DNA from: Callorhinchus milii
Taxonomy: Eukaryota
NCBI RefSeq assembly: GCF_018977255.1
Contig: NW_024705416.1
Location: forward strand, 1-46,453
Direction of reading: 5' to 3'
DNA: 46,453 nt
Shown: positions 1-10,100 of the stretch, one piece after another
How the letters are laid out: every line of letters begins with the position of its first letter
Position numbering within the stretch: position 1 is the stretch's first letter
The notes under the pieces: generated by a model
Told to the model about the DNA's origin: nothing
Seen by the model: only the letters and a program-made list of their open reading frames with translations
Database searches by the model: none
Program-made: the position numbers and the translations under genes

Positions 1-222
1 AGTATTGCCCGTCTTCTTCAGACATGTGCCACTGGACGAGAGGTTGACGTTGGACCTTGACCAATCGACCACGAAACGAACGTAATTGTTTTCAAAGTTT
101 CAGTCGATGACTCGGCTCAAATCGGCCCCTACCCATCGTCTAACCGTTCGCTTGTTTTTTTATCTCGCTCGTTGCGCGTGCGTGCGTGCGTGTGCGCCTG
201 AACGCCGGGAACGTGGGAGCAG

Positions 223-438
223 ATCCGCAGATCAGCTACGCGTCGGCGGCCCCGGAGCTGAGCGACTCGACGCGCTACGACTTCTTCTCGCGCGTCGTGC
301 CGGCCGACACGGCCCAGGCGCGCGCGCTGCTCGACGTGGCGCGCTCCCTGCACTGGAGCTTCGTCTCGACGCTCGCCTCCGAGGGCAGCTACGGCGAGAG
401 CTCCGCCGAAGCCTTCGTCCAAGCCGCCAAGGAGAACG
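223..438 (+). CDS. GRM4/6/7/8-like: Internal coding exon of a group III metabotropic glutamate receptor (Venus flytrap domain); paralog not resolvable
   Basis: Translation [72 protein letters not shown] matches the group III mGluR segment [30 protein letters not shown]....L.W.YVST.ASEG.YGE. AG at 221-222 and phase-1 donor G|gtacgc at 438/439 fall where I recall the conserved exon boundaries. Very high GC3. Confidence 0.92.
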
Positions 439-587
439 GTACGCTCGCCGCCGCCGTCTGACGCTCGCTGCCGTCTGACGCTCGCGGTTCGCCACCTGAC
501 GCTTGAGCTGCCGCCGCCTTTGTCCGTGGTGGCAACCGCGACCCCGCGGTGGCGAGGCGTTAACTCCCTCGCCTGCCATAAGAGAGG

Positions 588-945
588 TTCATAATCAACG
601 TTTTTGGGTTTAGATCGCGTTATTTATAAATGTGTCGTAACCCTCCACCACCCGACATGGCCAATCAGTAAAAAAGTATCACGTTGACAATTCGCCATCC
701 AGCCCGATGATGCTGGATGCAATTACCAGCGAAACATCGTACTACTCAAATTGTAAATGTTGTGGTTTCACGCTTCAACACACCGGTGAGCTGAAGCAGT
801 GAACTATTTGTCTTTTGTCAACGTGACACTTTTTTACTGATTGGCCGTGTCGGGTGGTGGAGGGTTACGACACATTTATAAATAACGCGATCTAAACCCA
901 AAAACGTTGATTATGAATAATATTGGTCGCGAAAGCCTACGTGTT
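588..945. mobile_element. Penelope-like non-autonomous element (subfamily A), asymmetric palindrome with degenerate hammerhead
   Basis: 103-bp inverted arms 588-690 and 815-917 with 2 mismatches; right arm continues with a tail aatattggtcgcgaaagcctacg; spacer contains CCGATGA-T-GCTGG..CCAGC-GAAA-CATC (704-738). Confidence 0.7.
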
Positions 946-1165
946 AAATAAAAGCGGTTGTTGGGTTATATCGCGTACATATAAATGTGCCGTTAAACCC
1001 GCCACCGCCCGACAAAGCCAATTGGTGAGGTTTGTCACCTGAACCAAATGTGCCAATTCGTTACTAGTTCAGCACACCGCTGTGTTGGAGAGTAAACCCA
1101 CAATATTTACAATTCGTGTACGACGTTTCGGCAGTAATTACAGTTAGCATTATCAGGTGGACAGC
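946..1165 (-). mobile_element. Older diverged copy of subfamily A element
   Basis: Reverse complement is colinear with 695-915 (ctgataatgct...gccgaaacgtcgtac...ttgtaaatattgtgg...gtcgggcggtggcgggtt...cacatttata). Confidence 0.65.
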
Positions 1166-1189
1166 CAGAGTTGTGGAGAAATCCTCCTC

Positions 1190-1450
1190 CCTCGCCTGGA
1201 TTGCAGGAGGTCGGGGGTTCAATCCCGATTCTCACGTTTGTATATTTGGAGTTCGTGTGTTCTCCGTGTGATTGCGTGGATTTTTATCTGGGTCCTCTGG
1301 GTTTTTCCTACATATTTGTTGCGGAAAGTCAACGATCACTGTCTTATAGATGCACTTGTCCCCTAATATATGCAGGTGGAATTCCAACCACAAGCTCAGG
1401 GCTAATAGTAGGAGGATGAGACCATTCCATTGAGTAGGACTTTATAACGA
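1190..1450 (+). mobile_element. tRNA-derived SINE with V-domain (V-SINE-like); 3' end approximate
   Basis: B box ggttcaatccc at 1216-1226 followed by tttggagttcgtgtgttctccgtgtgattgcgtggatt...ctgggtcctctgggtttttcctaca, resembling the V-SINE core tgtggagtttgcatgttctccccgtgtctgcgtgggtttcctccgggtgctccggtttcctcccaca. Confidence 0.7.
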
Positions 1451-1469
1451 ACTTTAGTCAAATGTAAGT

Positions 1470-1645
1470 GTAGATTATAAATAAAATAATAAAATGAAAA
1501 TAACTAAATTAAATCGTGATTTAATTTAGTTATTTTCATTTAATTATTATTTTCATTTCATTTTTTATTTTTCATCTACGTGATTTTACCGAAAGAACCA
1601 AAGAGTATGGATCCTTGCAGTCACGAAAACTTCAAATCTAGAATT
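1470..1645 (+). mobile_element. Truncated Penelope-like element (subfamily B), palindromic junction, no ribozyme core
   Basis: ctacgtgattttaccgaaagaacc...ttgcagtcacgaaaacttcaaatc matches the copies at 9676 and 43736; AT-rich palindrome centred near 1516; flanking direct repeat aaatgtaagt at 1460-1469 and 1646-1655. Confidence 0.7.
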
Positions 1646-2862
1646 AAATGTAAGTTTTTCAATATAGCTATTGATACTTTATCCATCTCGTCACAGGTTA
1701 AATACACCCACCAAATGAGCCTCAGCTGATTATATAGCCACTCGTTATTTCCATATATGATCAGTGTGCACCTGCTGTGTTTACATAATTTAATCACTCT
1801 GCTGTGTCTATCAAGAGGGTTAAAGTTGGGCCGTGCATCTGCTCTTCCTGTGCATTTTTGTCCTTCCCTTGAGTGAATAAAATAATTAATTCATTAATTC
1901 CATAATCAACCATGTCCTTATAATTACATGCTTCCCACCCAGCCCACATGATGATGGGACTGCAGATGATAATGATATTGATGTCACAAATAATGTTGCA
2001 TGCTGTGGATGAGTTACAGATGAACCAAAAAATGGATATCGTATATTAGAATTTTTATCCTAATTTTTGGATTCATAAACGTTGAAAATCTTTAATTGCT
2101 AATGCATTCGTTTAATTAATTTCAAGACTGTTATAACAAACATTAACAAATAGATTTTTTCACGTAAGATACCACCAGTAAAAATGTAACTTTCATGTAA
2201 ACATTTTTGATAACTTAAAATTAAACTATATATATTGTTCTACCGGGTAAAAAACATTGAGAAGTGACGTGACCATAAATGATAGCTTAACCAAGTGGCT
2301 TATGAAATTTATAGCAAGCAAATACTTCAAACACATGTTTCTAAACTTAGTACAAAATGACATAAAATATCGGAAAAAATACATCATGTGACGGCACTCA
2401 TTGTGCGACAACCACAGAAGTGATGGCATGGAAGTGACATAACCTCCTCTTATGCCACATTTTTGGATCAACCTTGAACGATTTTTTCCAGACTATCCAG
2501 AATTCTGTATCTAGGTGCGAATTTCCATATGTAATATTACTCTGAAATACAAGAATACATTCCTACTACGTGCATATGTTTTTGGTTCTTAATTCCATTG
2601 AGAAAACTACCCCATATAAAGACAAATGTAAGCAATCTAGCAGAGTTATGGAAATGTGGTGCCCAAAGTAATTCGTTCATTTTAATCTTGTTTTGCGTGT
2701 CATAAATTCTGATAAATTACTCTTGCAGGTAATGGGACGTCACATTTAAGCCCGCTGTTACAACACCTCCACAATTCTTTGCGAGGATTAAATAATCACT
2801 GCCTTAGTTTGTCTTCATGTATACATATTTATTTTGCTTAATGTACAGCATAACATGTTGGT

Positions 2863-3090
2863 GGGAGTGGTGGCTCAGTGGTCACCACACTGCTGCTATG
2901 AACCTGGCAGCCTGAATTAATTTCTCGGTCATTGTTAGCATCCGAGCAGAGTGATATCTAAATAAGTTCTACCCTCCCTACACCAATCTGCCACTGACCA
3001 GCATGGCGAAGTATGGTCAAACATAGCATAGCATATTGAGGCCTTCAGCACTGGATTGGCAACTGGTCGTACATCACGATTATCATTGAC
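2863..3090 (+). mobile_element. tRNA-derived SINE
   Basis: A box tggctcagtgg at 2871-2881; body homologous to minus-strand copies at 6885-6995 and 20262-20790; 3' part shared with 3883-3912. Confidence 0.65.
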
Positions 3091-3674
3091 GTGTTTTAAT
3101 GATCATGGGTGCTCATTCATGTCTTTGTGAGGGTGCGAACGTGTAAGTAATGTTTACCCTAATCTTACAGCCAGTCTTCCGGAGCTATTTAGAATCACAA
3201 CCACCGCATGGTGTACAAAATGTTGCTGCTGTTCTTGTTCGGAAAAAACGTAGAATCTGTCCACGCATTGCAAACCAGGTCACATGTGCAGCAATCGAAC
3301 ATTATAGCGTTGCTTTGGCTGCAGAGCCACACTTAATTTACCAAACTATTAAATGATACACTTTACAAAGTGTTAATTATGCTCCGTCCCAATTAATAAC
3401 ACTTTTAATGAGACGCTATAATGTTACAGTATCTAGTTAATTACACTGATAATTACCATAGATGTTGGAAATATCCCTATATGGTAATTCGTATGGTGCA
3501 AAAAAGCTAAATATGCTAATTATTAATATTTCAAGAATGTATTCCACAGCTGATGTCAAATGTTAACATGCACAGCAGAGACTTCTTTGGTCCACGGTTC
3601 GTCGTGTCTCCGGGTGTCCCTGTGGACACTTATTAATACGCTCTGCCAATGCAGTCTCACGTGTGTTTTGCCCT

Positions 3675-3985
3675 TGATCAAGTCACCTGCAATGTACGAG
3701 ATTTTGTCAGATCTCGAAAGCTAAGCAGTATTGAGCCTGGATCCTGCTGGGGTGGATTATCGCCACACACACACACACAGCTTGTCATAGCACTTTGCGA
3801 GGCTATGTGGTGGGCAGGAGAGCGCTTTGCAGCAAAATTAATGGTTGTATTGTACGTCTATGCTCCATGCCTCAGCAACCTACACTGACCAGTATGGTGA
3901 AGTATGGTCAAATAAACCCCATCACCCGCATGGTATGGGGAGGCCCTCATCCAGTACTAGACTGATAAAAAAGGCCTGTACATGC
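3675..3985 (+). mobile_element. 5S rRNA-derived SINE (SINE3-like) or 5S pseudogene fused to a SINE tail
   Basis: gattttgtcagatctcgaaagctaagcagtattgagcctggatcctgctggggtgga aligns with 5S rRNA gatctcgtctgatctcggaagctaagcagggtcgggcctggttagtacttggatggga; similarity stops after the internal promoter region. Confidence 0.7.
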
Positions 3986-5387
3986 ATTACATGTACATAC
4001 TATAATAATATATGTATGTTACTTGTGCTGACTTGGGCCTCCTCTAGGTTTACTCAGCCTAAAATTACCACTTGACTCTATGTTGTCAGCATCGGCACTG
4101 GGGAGACAAAGGTGGCAATGTGTCTGCAGTCCAGGCCAGCTCAGCGTCGCGCGTTCCACGCCTGTCTTAATAAATGCTCAACCAACAGCGCTTCTTAACC
4201 CTGTCATGCTAAACAGGGAGCCCGTCTCTTGGCATGCGTGTAAGATATATTAGCATATGCTTGCATGTGTGTGTGTGTGGTCTTACAGGTAACGACAGGC
4301 AGTAAATGTGCTTCTTTAGAACAAGACACAATTTAGTGCGATACACTTAGAATCCAGTGGCCCGCTACAGATTTAATATCACCCCTCACACTGCTCCGCC
4401 GACGCTGCCAGAGTGCATACGCGTGAAAATCATACATTGATTGCCGTGCGATCCCCTCAAATTCCACTCCACCAGGTACGCGGGGCAGTTCTCCTTCGTT
4501 GCAAACTCCAAAATCGGATCCGGTCTCCCATGCACCACTGCGTCTGCGGGCCTACAATCTGCATGGCTACACTGGAGGCCACTTCCTCGGGATTTAATCA
4601 TTCCGCTGGAATGCCATTGTTTATAACGGCCACCGCCGACTCTTGAGCATCGGGTCCCGGCTGTTTAACGGCGTGACCTTGCGATTGAGGCGCTCGCACG
4701 CGGGCTCGTTTTTGGGTCCATTTGGGGAAGATTTGCGGCCGCGCGCGTAATTGCAAGTCGTAAGCAGACGAGGATTTACGAAAGTCGGATTACGTTTAGC
4801 GACAGCGGCGACGTTGCCCGCCGGTTATTGCGCCGCGCGAGCCAAGGCAAAGTGTCCGGAACGCGAGAGAAGGCGACGTTCAATATTTGATGCGATGGCA
4901 GGGAGTTGCTCGGTGGAGGCGGCAGCGGCCCCTTCGTTTGAGCTCTGCCGGTTCGTAGCCCAATTAAGAAGCCCTCTGGCATTGTGCGATGGCCACAGTG
5001 TGTGTGTGTGTGTGCACCCTGTTCTTCAGTGGGTGCAGTGAGCTCGTTATTTAATCTGAGCGGAGACGTTCAGGTTCCGACGACAATGTCGGCGCCAGCC
5101 GTGCGATTGAACAGCGGCGGTGGAGCCACCCGCTTCCTTGCCGGGATCTCGAGTATGGGACGAGGCTTCATTGTGTGAACAGGCACAATGGGGCTTAACG
5201 CGCACAAATCAGAGGATTCAACACGGACTGTGTTAGACGGAGGCCAACGTGTCAGGCAAAGTACTTCCAGAAATGAACTTTCTAAAGAAAAGACCTTTGT
5301 CCAAAATGTTGGTGTATTTTTATATATTGTAAAGCAGCGTTAAGGTTGATGGTGGTGAATTATTCTTCTTAATTGCATTTGAGCTTC

Positions 5388-5722
5388 TATACCTACGGGA
5401 ACTTTTTTGCCAGTATCAAAAAACGATTCTCATGTTTTGCTTCTCTACCGATACCAATAAATTACCTTAACGTACGTTATCTTGGTAATTGTTTTTTTAC
5501 CCTTCTATCTGGCAACAAAACTGACACCTTTTTTTACAAGGAGTCATGTTTGCATAGACCACAATACCTGCAGTCATAATGCAAACAAAAAACATAACTC
5601 TGATAATGTATGCACTGTCCTTGAAGTTGATTGGTCCACACCCGAGACAGCTTTCCTTAGAGCCTAGAAGGGTAAATTTTTTTATCATATTTTTTACTGG
5701 CAAATGAGGTTCCAATGGTATA
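5388..5722. mobile_element. Candidate old MITE
   Basis: Imperfect 28-bp terminal inverted repeats 5388-5415 and 5695-5722 (21/28 matches ungapped), TA at both outer ends. Confidence 0.35.
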
Positions 5723-5769
5723 CGTTATCTTGTTTATGAGTGCTTAATGAGTATGCATTAAGCACACCC

Positions 5770-5857
5770 GCATTATTAACCAGGGCAGCCTCTGGGCTCA
5801 AACCGCGAACCCCGACAACAAGTGACAAATCTGCGAGCACTCGGCCACGTCACTGCA
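5770..5857 (-). mobile_element. tRNA-derived SINE head
   Basis: Minus strand reads gcagtgacgtggccgagtg...ggggttcgcggtttgagccc, with A-box-like and B-box-like motifs. Confidence 0.5.
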
Positions 5858-5958
5858 GCTGTAGTTGTTGCAACTGTAGTTTTTGCAACTGTAGTTGTTG
5901 CAACTGTAGTTGTTGCAACTGTAGTTGTTGCAACTGTAGTTGTTGCAACTGTAGTTGC
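5854..5958. repeat. 15-bp minisatellite (tgcaactgtagttgt) x7 inside a 15-bp inverted repeat
   Basis: Seven tandem units counted; flanked by ggccacgtcactgca (5843-5857) and tgcagtgacgtggcc (5956-5970). Confidence 0.95.
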
Positions 5959-6884
5959 AGTGACGTGGCCAACCTGCAACCTCAGTTCTTCAACAGGGGT
6001 TGTTTCATCCATTACCACAGAGCAACTGAATAGAAGGGAATTTGCTGCCGAGGGATTGGAACTGATGAGCTCATAATTGGATATGGATCATGATTGAATC
6101 TGACATGATCAGGTCTCATCAGATTTCCACTGTGCAGTGATTCGTGATTAAGTAATACTTTGAACCAATCTCTGGTCTTATTATCCACACCCCCACACCA
6201 TATTCTGCTTAAATTGAAGTACTGTACGTTGTTGCTGCATTCTTATTAAAGCACTTGCTTTTAGAACACACAGACCTGATCTGGAGCTTCATGTTTCCTA
6301 AAGTCACATGTCAAAGCCCAAATGAGTAAAGGAACAGCTCTCATCATCACCGGAAGTCAATGGTGCCTAGGCTGGAGCTTTTTCAAAGCCAGCCTCAGCC
6401 TGGTTTTCATTTAATCTCACCGGCACTCAGGCTAATCCCAAAAGTGCCTTCTCATCACTCGTTATGCTATAAACTCCTCTTAGATTCCCTACGCGCATCG
6501 TAACAGTGAAGGCTGACTCCGCTCTAACTGCCCGAATCCCACTTATTTTTTGCCTTTTCCCATATGTGTGTATATTACATGTTTTTAAAACAGTGGCAAT
6601 CCGAGGAATAGTCTGCCCCCCCCCCCCCACCACTGAAATGTGAAATTTCCATGAAACTAGATCACGGTGATAAATGCCACCCCACTGCTTGTTTGAGCGG
6701 TGAAACACTTTAACTTGACTTGATTAAATTTTTCGGGCATAATATCGTCGCTTGATATATTCATTGAGGTGTGCCAAGTGTACTCAAATAATTCAGAGTA
6801 ACCTTTCAATCCACAGCTAGATTTGATGATTTTGAACATTGTGGGCCATACTTCGTCATGGTGAGAATGGGGCACACCTCCAGA

Positions 6885-6995
6885 ACCAGTTCAAATATCA
6901 CTCAGCACCGACGTTAGCTCTGGCGAGGAATTGAACTCAGGTTATTGGGTTCGTAGTGCAGCACACTAATTAATAAGTCCACAGCGTCACCCACC
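6885..6995 (-). mobile_element. tRNA-derived SINE 5' fragment, same family as 2863
   Basis: Minus-strand B box gagttcaattcc (6927-6938) followed by gagtgatatttgaactgg as in the other copies. Confidence 0.55.
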
Positions 6996-7361
6996 AAATG
7001 TATAATAGATACATTATGTGGTTATGTTATAGATGTATTGCTAAGTTTCATATTGATGTTTAATTGTACCATAACACTGGTACAGCATGACCTGCTCAAA
7101 TTAACGATGCTATGAAATCTGTAATGTCCCTTTTAAACACATTTACGGTTTGTATAAAGTGAGTTTTACAAAGGGTGAAGTTTCACTTCAACTGCTTACC
7201 ACCTGCAATCTTTCACGTAATTGACAGGCATGCCAATCACTTGTATTCACAGTCGCAGTCGATGCATCATAACGATGATAACAATATATATATCTCTGAA
7301 GATATTCAAGCTGAGGGGTGAGCTTTCCAGTGTGGCATACAGGAAATACAAAGTACCTCAC

Positions 7362-7650
7362 ATCAGAATCATAAAATGTATACTGGAGGAATCTAATGAG
7401 CTATAAAGCTCTTTTTCACAGATGTCCAATCGGGGCAGGTCAGAACGTTACAACAACAAACAATATAAACAAATTATAGGAGTCCAAATTATGGGAAAGT
7501 TAAACACATAACTTACAAAAAATATATATAAGCCCATTGAGCTATTAGCTTCTTTATGAGAAGTGACCTGGCCACAAATGATAGCACCAAAATTATTTAA
7601 ATAATCTACCTATGTCAACTGTTCAGCCTCGTGGAATCAGCCGGTGCCGA
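7362..7650 (-). mobile_element. LINE-type 3' end repeat (4 copies in window)
   Basis: tgagctataaagctctttttcacagatgtcca...tcagcctcgtggaatcagccggtgcc is homologous to 13277-13450 (-), 15296-15650 (+) and 11275-11350 (+). LINE class inferred from a shared 3' end with variable 5' truncation. Confidence 0.6.
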
Positions 7651-8455
7651 TGTTATACATTTTAATGTCAATTCTGGTCGACACAGGCCAGTTGGTAAGG
7701 GGTCGACCGACATAACCACCAAGGCTACGACTGGGATCCCCTCCTGACCTACCACTCAGACGACTAGCACCACTTGCAATCCCATCCTCCTGTTCGCGTT
7801 TTCCATTCAAAGGAGTGGAAACATTCGCTTGGAAATCACGCAAGGAAGAATCGCGCCTCGTGCAGGAATCGTCTGGGATGGAATCGTAGCAATTCAAAGT
7901 TATTCCTGACACGAACCGTCCATACTCAACTGCACGTGCACATTCGGCTGGATTTTATAATTGGAATACATAAATTCATCCATAATGGAGTTATCAGGAG
8001 CCGCGTACCTGTAAATAATTGAGAATATTCATGTATAGTGCATTGCGTGTGTCCTTGAACTGCCCAGTTATTCTGAAGCCCTGTCATGCTCTTTGCCACA
8101 GTGCCATGTGTCACACAAATCCAATCACGCTCATCAAACTCAACACATTTCAAGTGTGTGGCGAGGGGGGGGTCACCTAAATCAGCATTCCCATGGTTTA
8201 TCTGAACACCTATTGACTTGGCTCCCCATCCCCCTAATTGATTATTGACTGCTGCAGCCATTAAGCCACAAAGCCACAAGCGCCACACATTCAAAATACT
8301 TACAAATGCAATTTGTAATGCATCCAAAAGGGGACGGTGCGTTGTGAATGCAGTCTCTGTTATCTTAATCCCGTCTTAAGTCATGCGGTGACAATACCTC
8401 TCCTTTACAACAACCGGTCCCATTTGATTTTAGCATTGCATTCGATGTTTCATAA

Positions 8456-8494
8456 ATGTCTCATAATTGCATGCCGCATGCAATTATGAGACAT
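8456..8494. repeat. Perfect 39-bp palindrome (19-bp arms, 1-nt loop)
   Basis: atgtctcataattgcatgc-c-gcatgcaattatgagacat. Confidence 0.95.
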
Positions 8495-9675
8495 GTGTTG
8501 TTTCCTTGGAAACACCAGAAGCTTTGGAGGTCATCGATAATGTGGTGAAGACTGATATGTGACAGTTGTTTTCGTTGAACACATGAAACGCATACTTTGA
8601 TTCAAGGAGCATCAGCCATAAGAGCACCGAAGTTTGTCCTTTTTATTATTTTATTCTAAAGTGAATAGCGATAAGTTATTGACCGGTGTTTGATTGGGTA
8701 CCATTGTCGCTTCACAAATGCTTGCTAACCACATCCTAAGCAGGAAGTGCTGGTCAATATTCCATCTTTGACTCTGTTGTCTCTCTCCCTCCTTCATTGC
8801 TTTCTAGCACCATGGGGTCCTACCAGATAGTAATGATAGCAGCACTTGCAGAGTCAAAATAGAGGACTCCCTTATCGCTGAACAGGAAGCTATGATGCCA
8901 TCAATATGGAGCAGATGCTTTTACAGCTTTTAAATTGAATATGTGTAACTCCATTAGCGCACAAATGGGTAGGAAGGTTTTTCGCCAAAAGATTTGTCCA
9001 TAATTCACGATCCCCTTGAGGGATGATTATTAAAATTCCGCTGCTGTGAAAGTCCTCTTCTCATCTCTGTTGGGAAATCGTTCGTTCTGTCCAGGGGATG
9101 TACTGCTAGACTTGGAATAAAATAATGAATGCGCCGTGCTATCGTAATCAAATTCAATTGAGAGCTATTGGCGATTAGCCTCTGGAAATCTCACTGTGAA
9201 AGTCTACAGCTCTTGAAAGGTGCAGTTGTCAGCATAGTTTGTTGAACCGCTTCGCATCTGTGACACTTTAAACCCCCTTTGTAATGCGTACCTATGTGCA
9301 GACGTCTGTGTGTCAATTGTAATACCATCACAAGATGTTGTGCTTTCTGAAAATCGTTTTAATAATTTAACTTAATTTGATTACCAAAAAAAACATCGAA
9401 TGCTAAGAGGGTCCTGCTTTGGGATGTTTCTTTAGCTATTTGTTTTATTATTTTAGTTTTGCAAATGAGGATGAGTTGGCGTGCAGATGAATCCCATGCA
9501 TACGAGTGACAAAATACTCACATTGTGGGAACCTACATGCTATACTGCAGAGGAGTGTCTCAGATACACTCGATATGATACTTCTCTCATGGCATGATCC
9601 ACAAACTCAGCCTCTGAGTTGCTGGATATCATGCGTGCACAACCACGCACAACTAACCCCAGCTGATGACATCTG

Positions 9676-9920
9676 GATTTAAAGCTTTCGTGACTGCAGG
9701 GATTCATCTTCTTGGTTCTTTCGGTAAAGTCACGTAGAAGGGAAGTAATAAAATAATTTTAAAAAATCAAACATAATAATTCTCACGACGTTTCGGCTAC
9801 AACGCAAGACGGCTGCTTGCGTTGTAGCCGAAACGTCGTGAGAATTATTATATTTTATTATTTTGTTATTATTTTATTACTTCCCTTCTACGTGACTTTA
9901 CCGAAAGAACCAAGAAGATG
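9676..9920. mobile_element. Penelope-like element (subfamily B), head-to-head palindrome; both hammerheads truncated at the junction
   Basis: Minus arm 9676-9807 with tail (gatttaaagctttcgtgactgcagggattc), plus arm 9808-9920 without tail; flanking repeat tgatgacatYtgg at 9664-9676 and 9919-9931. Confidence 0.85.
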
Positions 9921-10014
9921 ATGACATTTGGTTAAAGTAACAATTGTAGCACATGTTTAGTATTTAAGACGCGTAAGGCATTGTAACAGTTCATATGAAG
10001 TGGATGTTTTCAGA

Positions 10015-10100
10015 GGTGGCTGGGTGGCTCAGAGGTCAGAGGTCAGAGCGCTGAGCTGGTACTGCTGAGGTCGTGGATTCGACTGGCTTCTCAAAAACAT
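10015..10100 (+). mobile_element. tRNA-derived SINE head, 3' extent unclear
   Basis: A box tggctcagagg with a local 7-bp duplication, B-box-like ggattcgact. Confidence 0.45.

Noticed and set aside
86..579. Overlapping ORFs 86-478, 129-422 and 232-579
   Set aside because: Shadow frames of the GC-rich mGluR exon.
3675..3757. Functional 5S rRNA gene
   Set aside because: Many substitutions, 3' third missing and no terminator; SINE head or pseudogene.
5740..6076. Cys-rich metallothionein-like ORF (CCNCS repeats) and Thr/Val-rich ORFs
   Set aside because: All are translations of the 15-bp minisatellite, open in several frames; no splice or other coding support.
7637..7912. 91-aa minus-strand ORF as a nested exon
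   Set aside because: No recognisable domain and no convincing donor site.
8808..8933. Strong acceptor followed by a 41-codon open frame
   Set aside because: No recognisable homology and not the expected next mGluR exon.
9676..9920. MITE or pre-miRNA interpretation of the long hairpins
   Set aside because: Variable arm lengths, one-sided tail, variable TSD length and hammerhead content fit Penelope-like retroelements better.
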